Assembly (NCBI GenBank): GCA_965644315.1
Contig: CBFFRQ010000068.1
Location: forward strand, 930,001-994,000
Direction of reading: 5' to 3'
Source: Caecitellus pseudoparvulus
Lineage: Eukaryota; Protista; Bigyra: Bicosoecida
Length of the DNA: 64,000 nt
Under the pieces are notes generated by a model. That model ran no database searches and was not told the origin of the DNA. It saw only the letters and a list, made by a program, of their open reading frames with translations. Each line of letters begins with the position of its first letter. Positions within the stretch are counted from its first letter, which is position 1. A program made the translations under genes and the position numbers. This document shows, piece by piece, positions 10,397-21,592 of the stretch.

Positions 10397-13300
10397 GCAC
10401 CTTCCCTTGCGTCTTAGCCACCTCTAGCAGCATGTCAGCCTGGGCATCGCAGTCCACAAGGGGTGTCGGGGGGGCAGGCACCAAGCCAGGGTCCACCTGC
10501 AGCTCCCGTGCCAAGCCTTGGAGAAGGTACCGTCGCCCCCCTTCGTTTGAACAGTAGGCAAGGGTTCGCTTGCAGGCATCGACTTTATCCTGGGCCCAGG
10601 CGGCTGGCACGGCCGGCACAGTGGGAGGGGCCACTGACAGGCTGTGCGGGGCGCCGCTCAGCGCACCGCCAGCTCGCGGTGGCGGCGCCCGATACCCCCC
10701 TGCGGTTGGCAGTGATGCTGCTGCGCTGCCTACACCTGCCCCCGCTCGCCGCCTTGGCAGGGCTGCCGGCGTCACGACAGCGCGCGGGATGTACCGCGAC
10801 TTGGCCTGTGCGGCCTCGGGTGGGGCGGGCGCTTGCACGTGGCCTTCTTCTTCTGTGGCTGCGAACGTGCTGCGTGGGGGCAAGCTCCATGCCTGCAGGC
10901 GGGGCTCGTGCACTGCGCCGTCCGAGGTGAGGTGGCTGCTGGCCTCGGGCGCCAACAGAAGCCTGGGCAGCGTCATGGAAGGGGACAAGAACGCAATGTG
11001 AAAGGCATTCCCCGCGTGCAGCAGGTGCACTTGCACGGTTGGACTGTCCAGCAATGCATCAGCCCCCTGTGCTGGCGTTGTCATGCCACGCTCCGCGGCA
11101 GAGATGCCCAGGGGTGTCAGAGGCGGGTACAGCACGACAGCCGTTGGCTTGCTCAATACTTTGGGAATGAAGGTGATCTTGATCCGTGCCTGGAGCGCCA
11201 GGGGCAGAGCTGTGCATGGGGAGGGAGGGGTGACGCTGCATGTCGCGCATGGCAGGGTCGGCGTGCAGGTACGCACCAAACATGGCTGGCGGGGAGGCCT
11301 TCCTGCCCAGAGCCAGCACCTCATCGTTGACGTACTGCTCCATGGTGAGCCCTGGAAACGTCTCAGACAGCACCTCCGTGAAAGTGGGGGCCTCTGCCGA
11401 CAGCGGTGTGTCCCGGAACTCGAGAAGGTGCCGCGAAGCCAGGCACCGAGCGGCGCCCACGATGCTGCGGTCCAGGGCAGGCCCTTCGTTGCAGGCTTGC
11501 AGCAGGCACTTGAATATTTCGCGCGCCTCAACGTAGCGGTGCGTCCGAAAGGTCGCTTGCTCCTGCGCCGTCTCCAAGCTACCGGAACCGCTGGGCCCCA
11601 GTGGGGACGCCCGCCAGCCCTTGACAAGCTTCTGCAGCGGCTGCACCACCTGCTCTGGGAGGAGGAGAGAGATCCACTCCGCCTGCTCACTGCCTGAAGT
11701 TGGGTTCAGGAAGCAAATGGACGCTTCAGCCTTGGCGAGGCTGTGCACGAGGTCCTGCAGCGGCCCCGACTGACCCGTGAAGATGAAGTGCCCCATGAGC
11801 CCAAGCACCACTCCTCGAAAGAACGACTCACCATCAGGGACTCCGCGACTCCAGTACGGGTACATGGTTGAGAAGCCACGTGGGAGCAGGGAATTCCGAA
11901 TGCCTGTCGCAACATCTCCAACTGCATAGCTGGAGGCAAGGGCGGCCATGGTTGGGCCACCTGGGGCTGAGGACTGCGGTCCAGGGTCAATTATGGTAAC
12001 TACCGGCGGCTCGATGATGCTCCCGGCTCCACAAGGCCCGTCAGCTTCTGGCAAGACCCCGACTTGCTGCTCCGCGGAGGGGACTGCAGCTGAATGGGGA
12101 GGAGCGCCTTCCAAGGGTGCAGTGGACCCGCCCCCCTCTGCTCTACAGGGGGTACTTTTCTGAAGCGACCCATCTCCCTCCGTATGGCCACTGGTTTGTG
12201 CCCCCGGCACAACAGCAGCAGCCTGGGTCCCCGGCCCAGATGGAGCAGGCTGAGAAGCAGCGCTGGGCGCCTCCACAGCGGGAGTCTTCCCTTCGCCTGA
12301 AGTGCGTGCAGGCAAAGCAGCTTGGCGTGTGGGGGTGTCAACCGGGCGCCTGGACAAGTACATGCTGGCGTACACCTCCGGTCGAGACAGCTTGAACTCC
12401 CTGACGCCTCCATCCGCCTCTTGCTTGCCAGGGTACCAGCCCTTGGGCATGCCAGTCACAGGGTCTAAGAAGGGCAGGGATGTGACTTGGTCAAGCCTTG
12501 TCTTGTCACTGCTTGCGCCGCTGGTGGAGACAGAAGAAGGAGCAGCTGAGCCTCTGTTGCGACCCTGATCTTGGGCGCCCCCTTCACCCCCCTCAGTCTC
12601 CTGCACTGCTTCCAGAGTTGCCGCAAGTTCCTCTTGTTCCTTGGCAACGGCCAGCTCTGGCAGCAACAGTAGCAGCTCGTGGGCAGGCATGCGCAAGGCT
12701 TGGAGCGGCGCTTCCCACGGAGTCACAGCACGACCCACACCCGGCGAGAGCAAGCAGGTCGCCTGGCACACCTGCAGCATACAGTCACGCAAGGCTTTGT
12801 CGGAGGTTCCAGTGCAGTAGACGCCTCGGGGCGTTGCAAATGAAAGGCACCGACTTTGCAGGTGGGCAGCAAGGCTCTGCAGCACGCGCCGCACGGTGGA
12901 GTGCAGCACGCACTGTGCAGGGTCCGCACTCCACCGCGCAAAGAGCAAGTCACTGGCTTTCATGGTGTACGAAATGATGTTTGTGTCAATGGGACACATG
13001 GAGCTCGCTAGAAAGCGCACCGAGCGAATGTGCACCAACGTCCGCCCAGCCACTTGCGCGTCCTGTGCAGTCAGCGTGTCCCCTATGCCAGATACCTCCC
13101 CCTGCTCGGCAACTGAAGCAGTGGAAGGTGTCCCTTGCTGTGGCGCAGGTACTTGCCCCGTGGGCGAGCGTGTGCCTGGCTGGGACAGGGCGGGGGCTCT
13201 GGGTAAGGCATCCGCACCCAGTGCCGCTGAGAAGCTGGACGGCAGCACAAGCAGCACATCGGCAGGCGGGCTGCATGCATCGGTTGATCGAAGCCGCACA

Positions 13301-13668
13301 ACCTGCCACACCTTCTTTCCCAAGTGATCATATGTGTAGATCTCCCGCTTTGCGGCCACCACGGCGTTCAAGGCCGTGAACAGCGCTACCGGTGGAGTCT
13401 GGTGGCGTTTCGCCCAGGCAGCCTTGAGCCGTCGCTGCCCCTCTTTTGCTAGGACCTCTGCGGTCTGGCAGTGGAGGAGGTTGGTGCGGGACACACTGCA
13501 TGATGACTTTACCCCTTCCAGCTGCAGTGCGACTGCGTGCAGCTCTACCTTGGGGCCGGCCTGCGTCTGGCGCACGATGCCCAAGCTTGGCGTGGTGGAT
13601 GGCAGCGGGCCCGCAACTTTGATCGCCAGCGTGAACCGGACCTTCCCGGCGTGACCGTACCCTGCCAT
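10383..13668 (-). CDS. Large protein with an otubain-like (peptidase C65/OTU) domain lacking the catalytic Cys and His; intron 11210-11276
   Basis: A 67-nt GT-AG intron joins ORFs 11059-13725 and 10383-11690. YPYWSRGVPDGESFFRG, TMEQYVNDEVLALGRKASPPAMFALPLALQARIKITFI and VHLLHAGNAFHIAF align by eye with the otubain segments DGNCFYRA, CQQEVEPM...IIALAQAL and VYLLYRPGHYDILY. Confidence 0.7.
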
Positions 13669-13787
13669 GGGGCGCACCTGCCGCGTACAATTACATTCAT
13701 GTTGAGCTGGCAGCCGTGCGGGCACCTAGGACCACTTCGTTTTGTTGGCAGACAACCCCCTCCCAGGTCAGGGTCTCCCCACGCTCA

Positions 13788-15581
13788 TCAGTCACTCCAG
13801 TCATCTTCTGACGACGAGGAGGAGGACGACGAATCCCCTTGCAGCGCCAGGCGACGCTTTGCAAGTGTTGCCTGCAGACGCCCCATCAGCGTCCCATCGT
13901 CCACGGCCTCGGGGGATTTCAGGCGTGCTAGGACGCTGCGACGCGCCTCGGTCGGACGACGCACCTTGCGCAGCTTGGCCTTGCCCCCCGACCCGAAGCC
14001 TTGAATCTGCGAGAGAAGCCCCCCTCCCCCGCCCCCGCTGGGCCGTGGGCCCATTGGGCGGGGGTTAGGCAGGGAACCAGCTTTGACACTTCGGCCCCTG
14101 CCGCGAGCTCCTCCGCGCCCCCTGCCACGGGCGGGCCCCCGAACACCGCGGGGGCCGGCCGGGCCGACTAGCGCAGGCATGCTCTGGCGTGCTGCCTGAG
14201 GTGCTGCCGCTTGGGAAGGCGTGGCATGCTCGCCCGTGTCGCCACCTGCCGCTTGGGGAAGAGCTCTGTCAGGGGTGGGGTTGGACGTGGGGGTCTCTGA
14301 GGCCTCAGCAGACGAAGGCACGGGCCGAGCCGAGGGACTGGCGGCACCACCACTGCCACTGCCTCCTTCTCCGCGTCCCTCGCCCTCTTCACTGGCCGCA
14401 GCCTCCATGCTAGGCGCCAACGTAGGCTGTGCAACCTGCCGCTGACCAGCTTGAGCAACTGCTGACAGCATGCGCCGAGACATGCGCCGTTGTCGGGAGG
14501 CAGGCGCTGCTGTAGCGCTTGCGCTCGCCTCTGGCTGTGGCACTACAGGCGCAGATGCCGCTGCGAACATGGCTGTGGAGGAGCGGCGAGCTCGCCCGGG
14601 CCGCACTGCCGCGGCCGGAACAGGGGTCGGGAGGGATGGGGCGGAGGCTTGCGCTTCTGACGTGCTCACTCGCTTCGGCTTGACCACCACAGGTACCTCT
14701 GCAGCTGTCGCTGGGGCGGCAGCAAGGCTCGCTGAGCGGCTGCTGTCCTCACCTCCCTTTGCGCTTTCGCTGTCGGCCGTGTCCACCTCCTCGCCGCCGT
14801 CCTCGTCCCCCTCTTCAATGATGGTGAAGGCGCCCATCTTGACTGCCACAGAGTTCGTGCGGCCCCGAGGCACTGGTGAGGCGTCCGAAAACTCCACGCC
14901 CACCTCCTTTAGCGCCTGCATGATAACGCCAGAGGTGAGGGAGCTGCGCAGGTCCCGCTTACGAATGCCGGCCTTCTTGAACACTCGGCGCAGCTGGGGC
15001 GAGAGAGATGTCGGGTCAATGCTGCCATCCTCACACAATTCGATGGTGCAGCCTTGGGCAGAGCGCAGCGCAGCCTCCAAGCTTGCCTCTTCCCCAGTGT
15101 CCTTCGCCTTGGAGGCCTTCTTCCCGCCGCCAAAGAACCGGCTGAAGCCTGACCGCTGCGCACGCTGCTTGCTCTCTATGTTTTTGAAAGCCAGCAGCTG
15201 GAGGGAGTCTGACGAGCGAGGGGCTTCGTCCACGACAGCCGAGAAGAAGTCGTCTGCATCGGTGGCCAGGGAAAATGCCAGCGCCATCACGAAGTCGTCA
15301 GCCTCCCATGCCAGCACGCGTTCGCTGAGCATGAGCAGCGAGAAGTCTTCGTACAACTCCATCTCAAACAGCAAGTCTTGCCCGTCCAGGCTGTACATGC
15401 GTATCAAGTGCAGGTCTGCCTTGGGGCCATACACAAACACGCTGGCCCCCATGAGGCCAGTGTCTGTCCACCGGCTTGGGTCAGGCGATGCAATGAGCAG
15501 CTGTGCGACGCCTGCCGCCAGCACGTCATACTGAGAGCAACTGAGTGCAATGCGCTGCGCTTGCTCGCTCGTCAATGCCAT
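13788..15581 (-). CDS. WASP: WASP-family actin nucleation-promoting factor (WH1 ... WH2-C-A)
   Basis: N-terminal WH1/EVH1 domain (VAQLLIASPDPSRW...LLFEMELYEDF), GBD-type helix LSPQLRRVFKKAGI, WH2 (LLSQIQG...KLRKV), central helix (LQATLAKRRLAL) and acidic tail ending EDDWSD. Confidence 0.88.
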   Translation of the reverse strand: MALTSEQAQRIALSCSQYDVLAAGVAQLLIASPDPSRWTDTGLMGASVFVYGPKADLHLIRMYSLDGQDLLFEMELYEDFSLLMLSERVLAWEADDFVMALAFSLATDADDFFSAVVDEAPRSSDSLQLLAFKNIESKQRAQRSGFSRFFGGGKKASKAKDTGEEASLEAALRSAQGCTIELCEDGSIDPTSLSPQLRRVFKKAGIRKRDLRSSLTSGVIMQALKEVGVEFSDASPVPRGRTNSVAVKMGAFTIIEEGDEDGGEEVDTADSESAKGGEDSSRSASLAAAPATAAEVPVVVKPKRVSTSEAQASAPSLPTPVPAAAVRPGRARRSSTAMFAAASAPVVPQPEASASATAAPASRQRRMSRRMLSAVAQAGQRQVAQPTLAPSMEAAASEEGEGRGEGGSGSGGAASPSARPVPSSAEASETPTSNPTPDRALPQAAGGDTGEHATPSQAAAPQAARQSMPALVGPAGPRGVRGPARGRGRGGARGRGRSVKAGSLPNPRPMGPRPSGGGGGGLLSQIQGFGSGGKAKLRKVRRPTEARRSVLARLKSPEAVDDGTLMGRLQATLAKRRLALQGDSSSSSSSSEDDWSD

Positions 15582-15952
15582 GCTGCAGCTGTTCCTTGCT
15601 GCGTTGCAGCGGGCGTGTCAAGGAGTGCCAACGTCAATTTCCGCGCCCTGCAACTGGCCACGCCAGCCCTCAGAACTTGTGGTCGGGGCTCACCAGCGCA
15701 GCGCCTTGCACAGATTGGGGGTTCTTCCACTACACAACCTTTGATGCAATTGAGCTCATGGCCAGCTGGCGTCTAGGTTGAATTGCCCTCGCGTGCACAA
15801 TGCAGCGCTCCCAGCCTTCTGGCCGTGTCCCTCCGACAGCCGAGCAACACACCACTTCCGTGCTGATGTACCACCCCTGTGACAAAAAAGTGCATTAAGA
15901 ACACGAAAGTAAGATGGGGAATGCTCTCCTAGCATCCTACAAGTTTGGAAGC

Positions 15953-18900
15953 TCAGGTAATGCCTAGCCGCACCGTGCTCTTCTCCTTGCGAATGACGCG
16001 CTGCACCATCTGGTCCAGGCGCCGCTGCACGCGCTTGGTGCGGCGGACGCTCACGGACAAGTTCGTCAGCATCAACTGCGAAGCCACCAGGCCAGACAGC
16101 AGCCACCAGACAATGGGCGTCACCGTGCCCACCACGAAAAGCACATCGAGCACCATGTAAGTCATGCTGTACGCCATGACGCCAGCGCTCCATCGAGTAC
16201 GCAGCTGCAGCGAGTCCATTGCCTCAAGAACAATGAAGCGCTCAACACTGGCCAAAATGTGCACTTGTTGCAGGTGTACCAGGTTCTCGACGTCGTTGCG
16301 CAGTGCTTGGCATGCGGCCACCTGCACAGGGCTGGCACCCGCGGCCGCCACGGCGGTGGCGTTGTTCGCAGAGGGAAGCAAGTTAGGAGGGCAACCAGAC
16401 TGGCCCAACAGCCCCCCCGCAACATGCAGGGCCTCTGCGGCATACAACATTAGCACGGAGCGCAGGCCTGATCGGAAGATGCCTCGCCGAACACTGCCAC
16501 AGGTGGCCTCATGTTCACGATGCGCCGGGCTTAGCCGCTGGCCTCGCACTGTTGCGATTTCCGGAGCGAAGAAGGGGATTACCAGCGCAGAGCTCTGTAG
16601 CATGTGCTGCACGTCGGCGTCCAGCACGCTGGCTGTGCACGCGTCTTCCAGCATCAGGCTGCCTGAGAGGGTGGTTGACTCCAAGGGCAGTGTGTCGTTG
16701 GAGTTGCCGCTCCATGTGCTCACTGCCCGGTGTGCGACCCGCCCGCCGTCCACCAACAGCCGGACATCCTCTCGCAGCGTCGCCACTGCGCGAGTGACAG
16801 CTGTCGCTGCCTCTCCTGGGCGAGTGGCGTTGATGGTAGCGTAGCTCGCCACACGAGAGATGCCTGCAGTGTCACCCAGAATGCGGTGCGCGAGGAACAG
16901 CCGCGAGGGGCCTGACTGCACGTTGGCGTAGTTCCAGGCAGAGTACCCTACAACAGTGCCCATATTTATCACAATCAGTGTGAGGCCCCACATCATCAGC
17001 GCTAGGATACAGCAGGGGAAACGCCAGCCTTCCCGCGTCACGCGTTTGGTCTTCGCCTGCGCGTGCTTTCGCGGAGGCGCCCGCTCACCGCCTGCGCCCT
17101 CAAGTCCTGCTCGGAACGCCCCCATGTTCAAAGTGAACACCTCTCCTTCATGGCTCAGGCGCGTGCGGGCACCAGTGGCGGAGGTCATGGTGGTTACACT
17201 GCGCCGACCCACAACGCTGGCCGACAAAACACTGCCCCGCCCGCCGGCTGGACCCTTGCCCGCAGTGGGCGTGCGCACAACGACTGACTGCCCACCAGCA
17301 GGACTCTTCCCTACCACGCTGCGCGCAAAGAGCACAGAGCTGGAGGTGCGCAAGCCACGCTTTGGCGAGGCGCCACCGATGCCAGAGCTCAGACGCCGGC
17401 TTTCTCCCACACTCTGCAAGCGCCCCATGACCCCTGAGCCAGCCATGCCTCGCATGGGGGGTGACCCATGAACCCCCCGCAGGGGTGGAGAGCCTGTCCC
17501 TGCGCTCCCCGTTGGTCCGGAGCCGCTGCCCGCTTGGCCGGGCAGGTGCCCTGAAGTGGCCGACCCTGGCCCTCGTACCACGGGCTGTGACGATTCTAGG
17601 CCTTCCTCGTCCTCCTCCACGGAGCCCTGCTGGTGATACACGATGCTATCATAGAGACGGGTCAGCTCGGTTTGCTCTGCGACTGCCGCATCACCTGACA
17701 CTTGCTTCAGAGCACCCAAAATCCACCGACGATTGCGGCGGATTCCACAGCCGACGTACAGCAGGAACACCACGACTACCATGCTGAACAGGGCAGCAAC
17801 AGACATGATCACGACAGTGTTGAGGACGAACCTGCTCAAGTTGCTTTGGGCATACCTGACGTAGTCGCTCCGGGACCGAGCAAACGCATCCTGCAGTGCC
17901 AACACGAGTTGCGAGCCGGGCAGCCAAGCAGCACACTCCGAGTCGAGCAGCGTGGACGTTGGCGCCTCTCGCCGCTGCAGTGCATCTACCACGAATCCCA
18001 GCATGCCAAGAGCAGAGAGCGAGACATTTCGCCCAGTCTCCAGCGGAGCCGCGGCAAAGTCTGCACGGGTCAGGCGTGGCGAGTCATTTGGCCCGATGCT
18101 CGCCAGCAGCCGCTCATCTTCAACTCGCAGTTGGGTCAGCAGTTGAGCCATGCTTTCACGCCACGCAGCCACGGTATCCACGGTAAATGCCTGCTGGGGA
18201 CTGGACACATTCCGCACGCAGACGGAGTCAATGGAGGCATGCGGCGCAACGCCCCACATCTCGGCACTTGCAGTTGTAGACAGCATGCTGGGGGGTATGG
18301 ACAGCGACAAGCTAAGCAGGCCATTGTAGTAGTACAGTTCCTCTGAAACAGATTTTGGATCTGCGGGCACCGTGAGCAGGTTTGTAACGTACAGGGCCAC
18401 GAGGCCGAACAGCAGAAAGTACTGAAAGCGCCTCACCAAGCGGCCCTCAGTGAACACCCCAGCCGTGTAGTCCTGCAGCGCTCGCAGGTACACCGCGTCG
18501 TTAGCAGAGACAATGGACGTGCCTGCACTGGTTTTCGTCCCGTGGGTGGTCATGGAGCCTCGCCGCCGACGGGTGCTGGCGGCGCCCGCCAGGCCAGCCA
18601 AAGCACCCCGCTCGTCCGAGTCTGACCGCCCCCCAGATGCCGCCCCCGCAGAGTCCACTCCATCACTGTCGCTAGCGCCTGGACTTGGGCTGACAGCCTC
18701 CCCCACGTCTGCCATGCTGCTGGCCTGCAGTCGCTCGCGGGCCTCAGCGACAGCTCGCTCCACATCACTCAGCAACAGCAGCATTACGTCCGTAGCGCAT
18801 GCGTTCTCACGCTTGGCACACACCAGGGACATCTGCACCTCCCGCACTGCAATGAGGCCAGTGGAGAACCTGAGGGGGCAGCGGTGCCACGCGGATCGAG

Positions 18901-21592
18901 CCAGGGGCTGCTTGCTTCGTGTGGCAGACGCCCAAGAAGCGCCTTCCAGGGAGCGCTGCAGCGCAGCGGACAGGGCAGCGATGTGCTCCCCAGACACCTG
19001 TAGGGGCGTCAAGACATGGCCGATGCTGTGCTGGAAAGCGGCACCTGAGACACCACGTGGTACGCTCAGCGTGCGCACTGATGCGACCTCCTCCACTAGC
19101 ACTGGCAGGAGGAACACCATGAGCATGGGGCGTAGGGGGTTCGAGCCCCGCCCCAAGTTCGCGGGATCAACAAATGGCGGCGCCTCGGTGAAGGAAGCAT
19201 ACACCAGCTGAGTGGAGCCAGAAGCGCCCACAATGGGCAGCAGAAGTGGCTTGTTCATGTGCTCCGAGAGCGCTCCTCGCTCGGCAGCTGCCAGCAAGGC
19301 GCGGGGCGAGGCCAGTTTGCCCACTGCAGGCTGCAGGAAGCGGGAGATGTGCCACCCCTCCACTTCCACCGCCTGCTCCCCTGCGGCCAAGATGTGCAAG
19401 GCGTACTCATTCGCCTGTTCAATCATGCCGAAGGCGTCCTGCCCACCGTCCACCAGCAGCATGCCGTAGTCGAATACGCTGGCGCCGTCAGCCCCACCCT
19501 CTGCGCTCTGGCCTCGGATGCTGTGCCCTCTGTACATGCCTCGCAGCAAGGTTCCGCTCCGGAAGCTGCTGTGCAGGTACCGCGGGGGGGGCTCTTCGTA
19601 CAGCCGCACGTCCTCCCTTGACAGGCTCACCCCCACAAAGCCCTCCCCGCCGTCGGCTGCGGCAGTCAAAGACTGGAAAGCAGCGCGTCGGCCCATGGCC
19701 TCCGCGCGGGCCTGAGACCGCTCTGCCGCGAAGGGAACCTGCAGAATGTGCCTGTAGTAGAACGCCTGCACATACAAGAGGTCCTCAGACAGCAGCGTCT
19801 TGCGCTCTTCTGCAAAGGCCATGATGCCTTCCGCTTCCTTTCGAGACTGGTACAGGCGGTATGCCGCTTCGTGCACGGCGTCTACATCCAGCTCCCCCGG
19901 TCGCTCCGCCAGGGCCTGCCACACCAGGGACAGGGACCCGAGACATGCCGCAACAGCGCGCATGAGGGCAGACAGCAGCTCAGCCTTGGCCAGCTCATTA
20001 CCACCTGCCTGCTGCACAGTCAGCTTGCCGTGGATGGCAGCTGCACGCCTGAGGACGAAGGAGGACACATCCCACCCTGCTTCATTGGACAGCGCCAGCT
20101 CCAGACCGTGCAGCTCAGGCCAGTACGCCCCCCCTTGCTTGCGCTGACTGCGCCGAAGGATGCTGGCGTACAGTCCCGCCAGGGCTTTGCCTCGGTGACG
20201 GCGCAGCATGAGATGAATGCCCGTGTTGATGTCTGCTTCAAGGTGGCGTGATACGCGTTTGGCGTACTCGGACAGTTCCAGAACACCTGAGCCGCTGGAG
20301 GCGCTCAACTCCATTTCCCGCAGCGTCACGACGCGCAGAGCCAGCCACCAGAACTGATCTTGCAACTCCTGCACGTCCACAAGCGTCGCAGCACGCAGGC
20401 GCCACTCGAAGCCAGCACTGGTGAAGCCGGCTGCCAGGCCCGCTGCTAGCGCAAGCAGGAGGGATGTGCCAACTGCCTCGCCCGCCGATACGTCTGCAAC
20501 GGGCTGCACTGTCAGCCACAGGGCCGCTGCGCTAAGGACGGTGTGGGCAGCTGACCACATGGCACCCACATGTCGCTCCCATGGCACCAAGGTCACTGCG
20601 CTGCGCAGGTTGTAAGCCGTAAGCGCCACCTGCACCACGGTCACTGCCAAGCTGAGCACTGCCAAAGGCAGCAGGAACATGACCAGACTGCCGATGGTAG
20701 CCATGGTTGCCTGCCACGCCAGCAACCATACCGCGATGAGGGGTCTGGGCGTGCTGCCGGGCAAGACCCTGGCACTTGAGAAGTCGTACGTGGCCATCAG
20801 CCGCATGCGAACTGCTGCTGTGACGCCCACCACTGCTGAGAAGACAGCCACGGACGTGGTGGTCCAGTGCCCCGTGGAAACGTAGCAAGCGTCATTGCCT
20901 CCGAAGAACACTTCTGCCGCACGGTTTCCGTAGGCGGTGCGCCACAGGCTGGTGTCACCCTTGGTGCCTGACTCCACGCCACACGCCAAGGAGCTGAGTG
21001 CCACGAGAACACCCGGCAACCACAAGCCCAGCGCCATGCCTGTGAGCAGGGTGGCGTGGATGCGCCGGCGCCAGCGCTCGACAACACCCAGCGCCTCCGC
21101 CGACGCGGATCTCGTCTGCCCATCCTCCGCTTCCAGCCCCTGCATGGAATCTTTGTACCTCGCAACGGCGACGCTGCTGTGCTCATCACGCCCACGTGCG
21201 AGGGCTGATCTGTGAATCATGGAATGGAGAGAGGGGTGAGCACCGCGCATTCCGGGACAGCAGGGAGGATGCAGTGGGCAGCGGCGGCGACGCGAAACGT
21301 ACTCTAGCGTGCGAGCCAGCACCTGCACCAAGCTGCCTGGAGCCGTCAAGACGATGAGGGCTGCGAGGACGAAGCCCACCATGAGCAGCACCCAGCCGTA
21401 CGCCAAAGATGCCTTCCGGCCTGTGTCGAATGTTAAATTACCGTACGCGAGCACCTGGCGCCAATCATGCAGCACACTCCCTTCCCGGTGCGCTGTCGCA
21501 GCGACGAGCAGCACCAGAAACTGCGCAGTGACGAACGCCGGCAGCAGCGCATGGTACACCAGTGGCCGAAGCACACGACTAGCAGCATCCAT
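15953..21592 (-). CDS. Large multi-pass membrane protein with a PAS-like domain (TmcB-like); probable in-frame introns 21210-21302 and 18998-19078
   Basis: N-terminal TM bundle, a helical region, a PAS-like segment (GMLLVDGGQDAFGMIEQANEYALHIL...EGWHISRFL) and two further TM pairs, matching the layout of protist TmcB-like proteins. Confidence 0.65.
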   Translation of the reverse strand: MDAASRVLRPLVYHALLPAFVTAQFLVLLVAATAHREGSVLHDWRQVLAYGNLTFDTGRKASLAYGWVLLMVGFVLAALIVLTAPGSLVQVLARTLEYVSRRRRCPLHPPCCPGMRGAHPSLHSMIHRSALARGRDEHSSVAVARYKDSMQGLEAEDGQTRSASAEALGVVERWRRRIHATLLTGMALGLWLPGVLVALSSLACGVESGTKGDTSLWRTAYGNRAAEVFFGGNDACYVSTGHWTTTSVAVFSAVVGVTAAVRMRLMATYDFSSARVLPGSTPRPLIAVWLLAWQATMATIGSLVMFLLPLAVLSLAVTVVQVALTAYNLRSAVTLVPWERHVGAMWSAAHTVLSAAALWLTVQPVADVSAGEAVGTSLLLALAAGLAAGFTSAGFEWRLRAATLVDVQELQDQFWWLALRVVTLREMELSASSGSGVLELSEYAKRVSRHLEADINTGIHLMLRRHRGKALAGLYASILRRSQRKQGGAYWPELHGLELALSNEAGWDVSSFVLRRAAAIHGKLTVQQAGGNELAKAELLSALMRAVAACLGSLSLVWQALAERPGELDVDAVHEAAYRLYQSRKEAEGIMAFAEERKTLLSEDLLYVQAFYYRHILQVPFAAERSQARAEAMGRRAAFQSLTAAADGGEGFVGVSLSREDVRLYEEPPPRYLHSSFRSGTLLRGMYRGHSIRGQSAEGGADGASVFDYGMLLVDGGQDAFGMIEQANEYALHILAAGEQAVEVEGWHISRFLQPAVGKLASPRALLAAAERGALSEHMNKPLLLPIVGASGSTQLVYASFTEAPPFVDPANLGRGSNPLRPMLMVFLLPVLVEEVASVRTLSVPRGVSGAAFQHSIGHVLTPLQVSGEHIAALSAALQRSLEGASWASATRSKQPLARSAWHRCPLRFSTGLIAVREVQMSLVCAKRENACATDVMLLLLSDVERAVAEARERLQASSMADVGEAVSPSPGASDSDGVDSAGAASGGRSDSDERGALAGLAGAASTRRRRGSMTTHGTKTSAGTSIVSANDAVYLRALQDYTAGVFTEGRLVRRFQYFLLFGLVALYVTNLLTVPADPKSVSEELYYYNGLLSLSLSIPPSMLSTTASAEMWGVAPHASIDSVCVRNVSSPQQAFTVDTVAAWRESMAQLLTQLRVEDERLLASIGPNDSPRLTRADFAAAPLETGRNVSLSALGMLGFVVDALQRREAPTSTLLDSECAAWLPGSQLVLALQDAFARSRSDYVRYAQSNLSRFVLNTVVIMSVAALFSMVVVVFLLYVGCGIRRNRRWILGALKQVSGDAAVAEQTELTRLYDSIVYHQQGSVEEDEEGLESSQPVVRGPGSATSGHLPGQAGSGSGPTGSAGTGSPPLRGVHGSPPMRGMAGSGVMGRLQSVGESRRLSSGIGGASPKRGLRTSSSVLFARSVVGKSPAGGQSVVVRTPTAGKGPAGGRGSVLSASVVGRRSVTTMTSATGARTRLSHEGEVFTLNMGAFRAGLEGAGGERAPPRKHAQAKTKRVTREGWRFPCCILALMMWGLTLIVINMGTVVGYSAWNYANVQSGPSRLFLAHRILGDTAGISRVASYATINATRPGEAATAVTRAVATLREDVRLLVDGGRVAHRAVSTWSGNSNDTLPLESTTLSGSLMLEDACTASVLDADVQHMLQSSALVIPFFAPEIATVRGQRLSPAHREHEATCGSVRRGIFRSGLRSVLMLYAAEALHVAGGLLGQSGCPPNLLPSANNATAVAAAGASPVQVAACQALRNDVENLVHLQQVHILASVERFIVLEAMDSLQLRTRWSAGVMAYSMTYMVLDVLFVVGTVTPIVWWLLSGLVASQLMLTNLSVSVRRTKRVQRRLDQMVQRVIRKEKSTVRLGIT

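Noticed and set aside
11059-11690. Apparent frameshifts or pseudogenes (OTU-like, MON2, MAD2, UBE2J, ERGIC3, pirin)
   Set aside because: Every frame change is explained by a short GT-AG intron.
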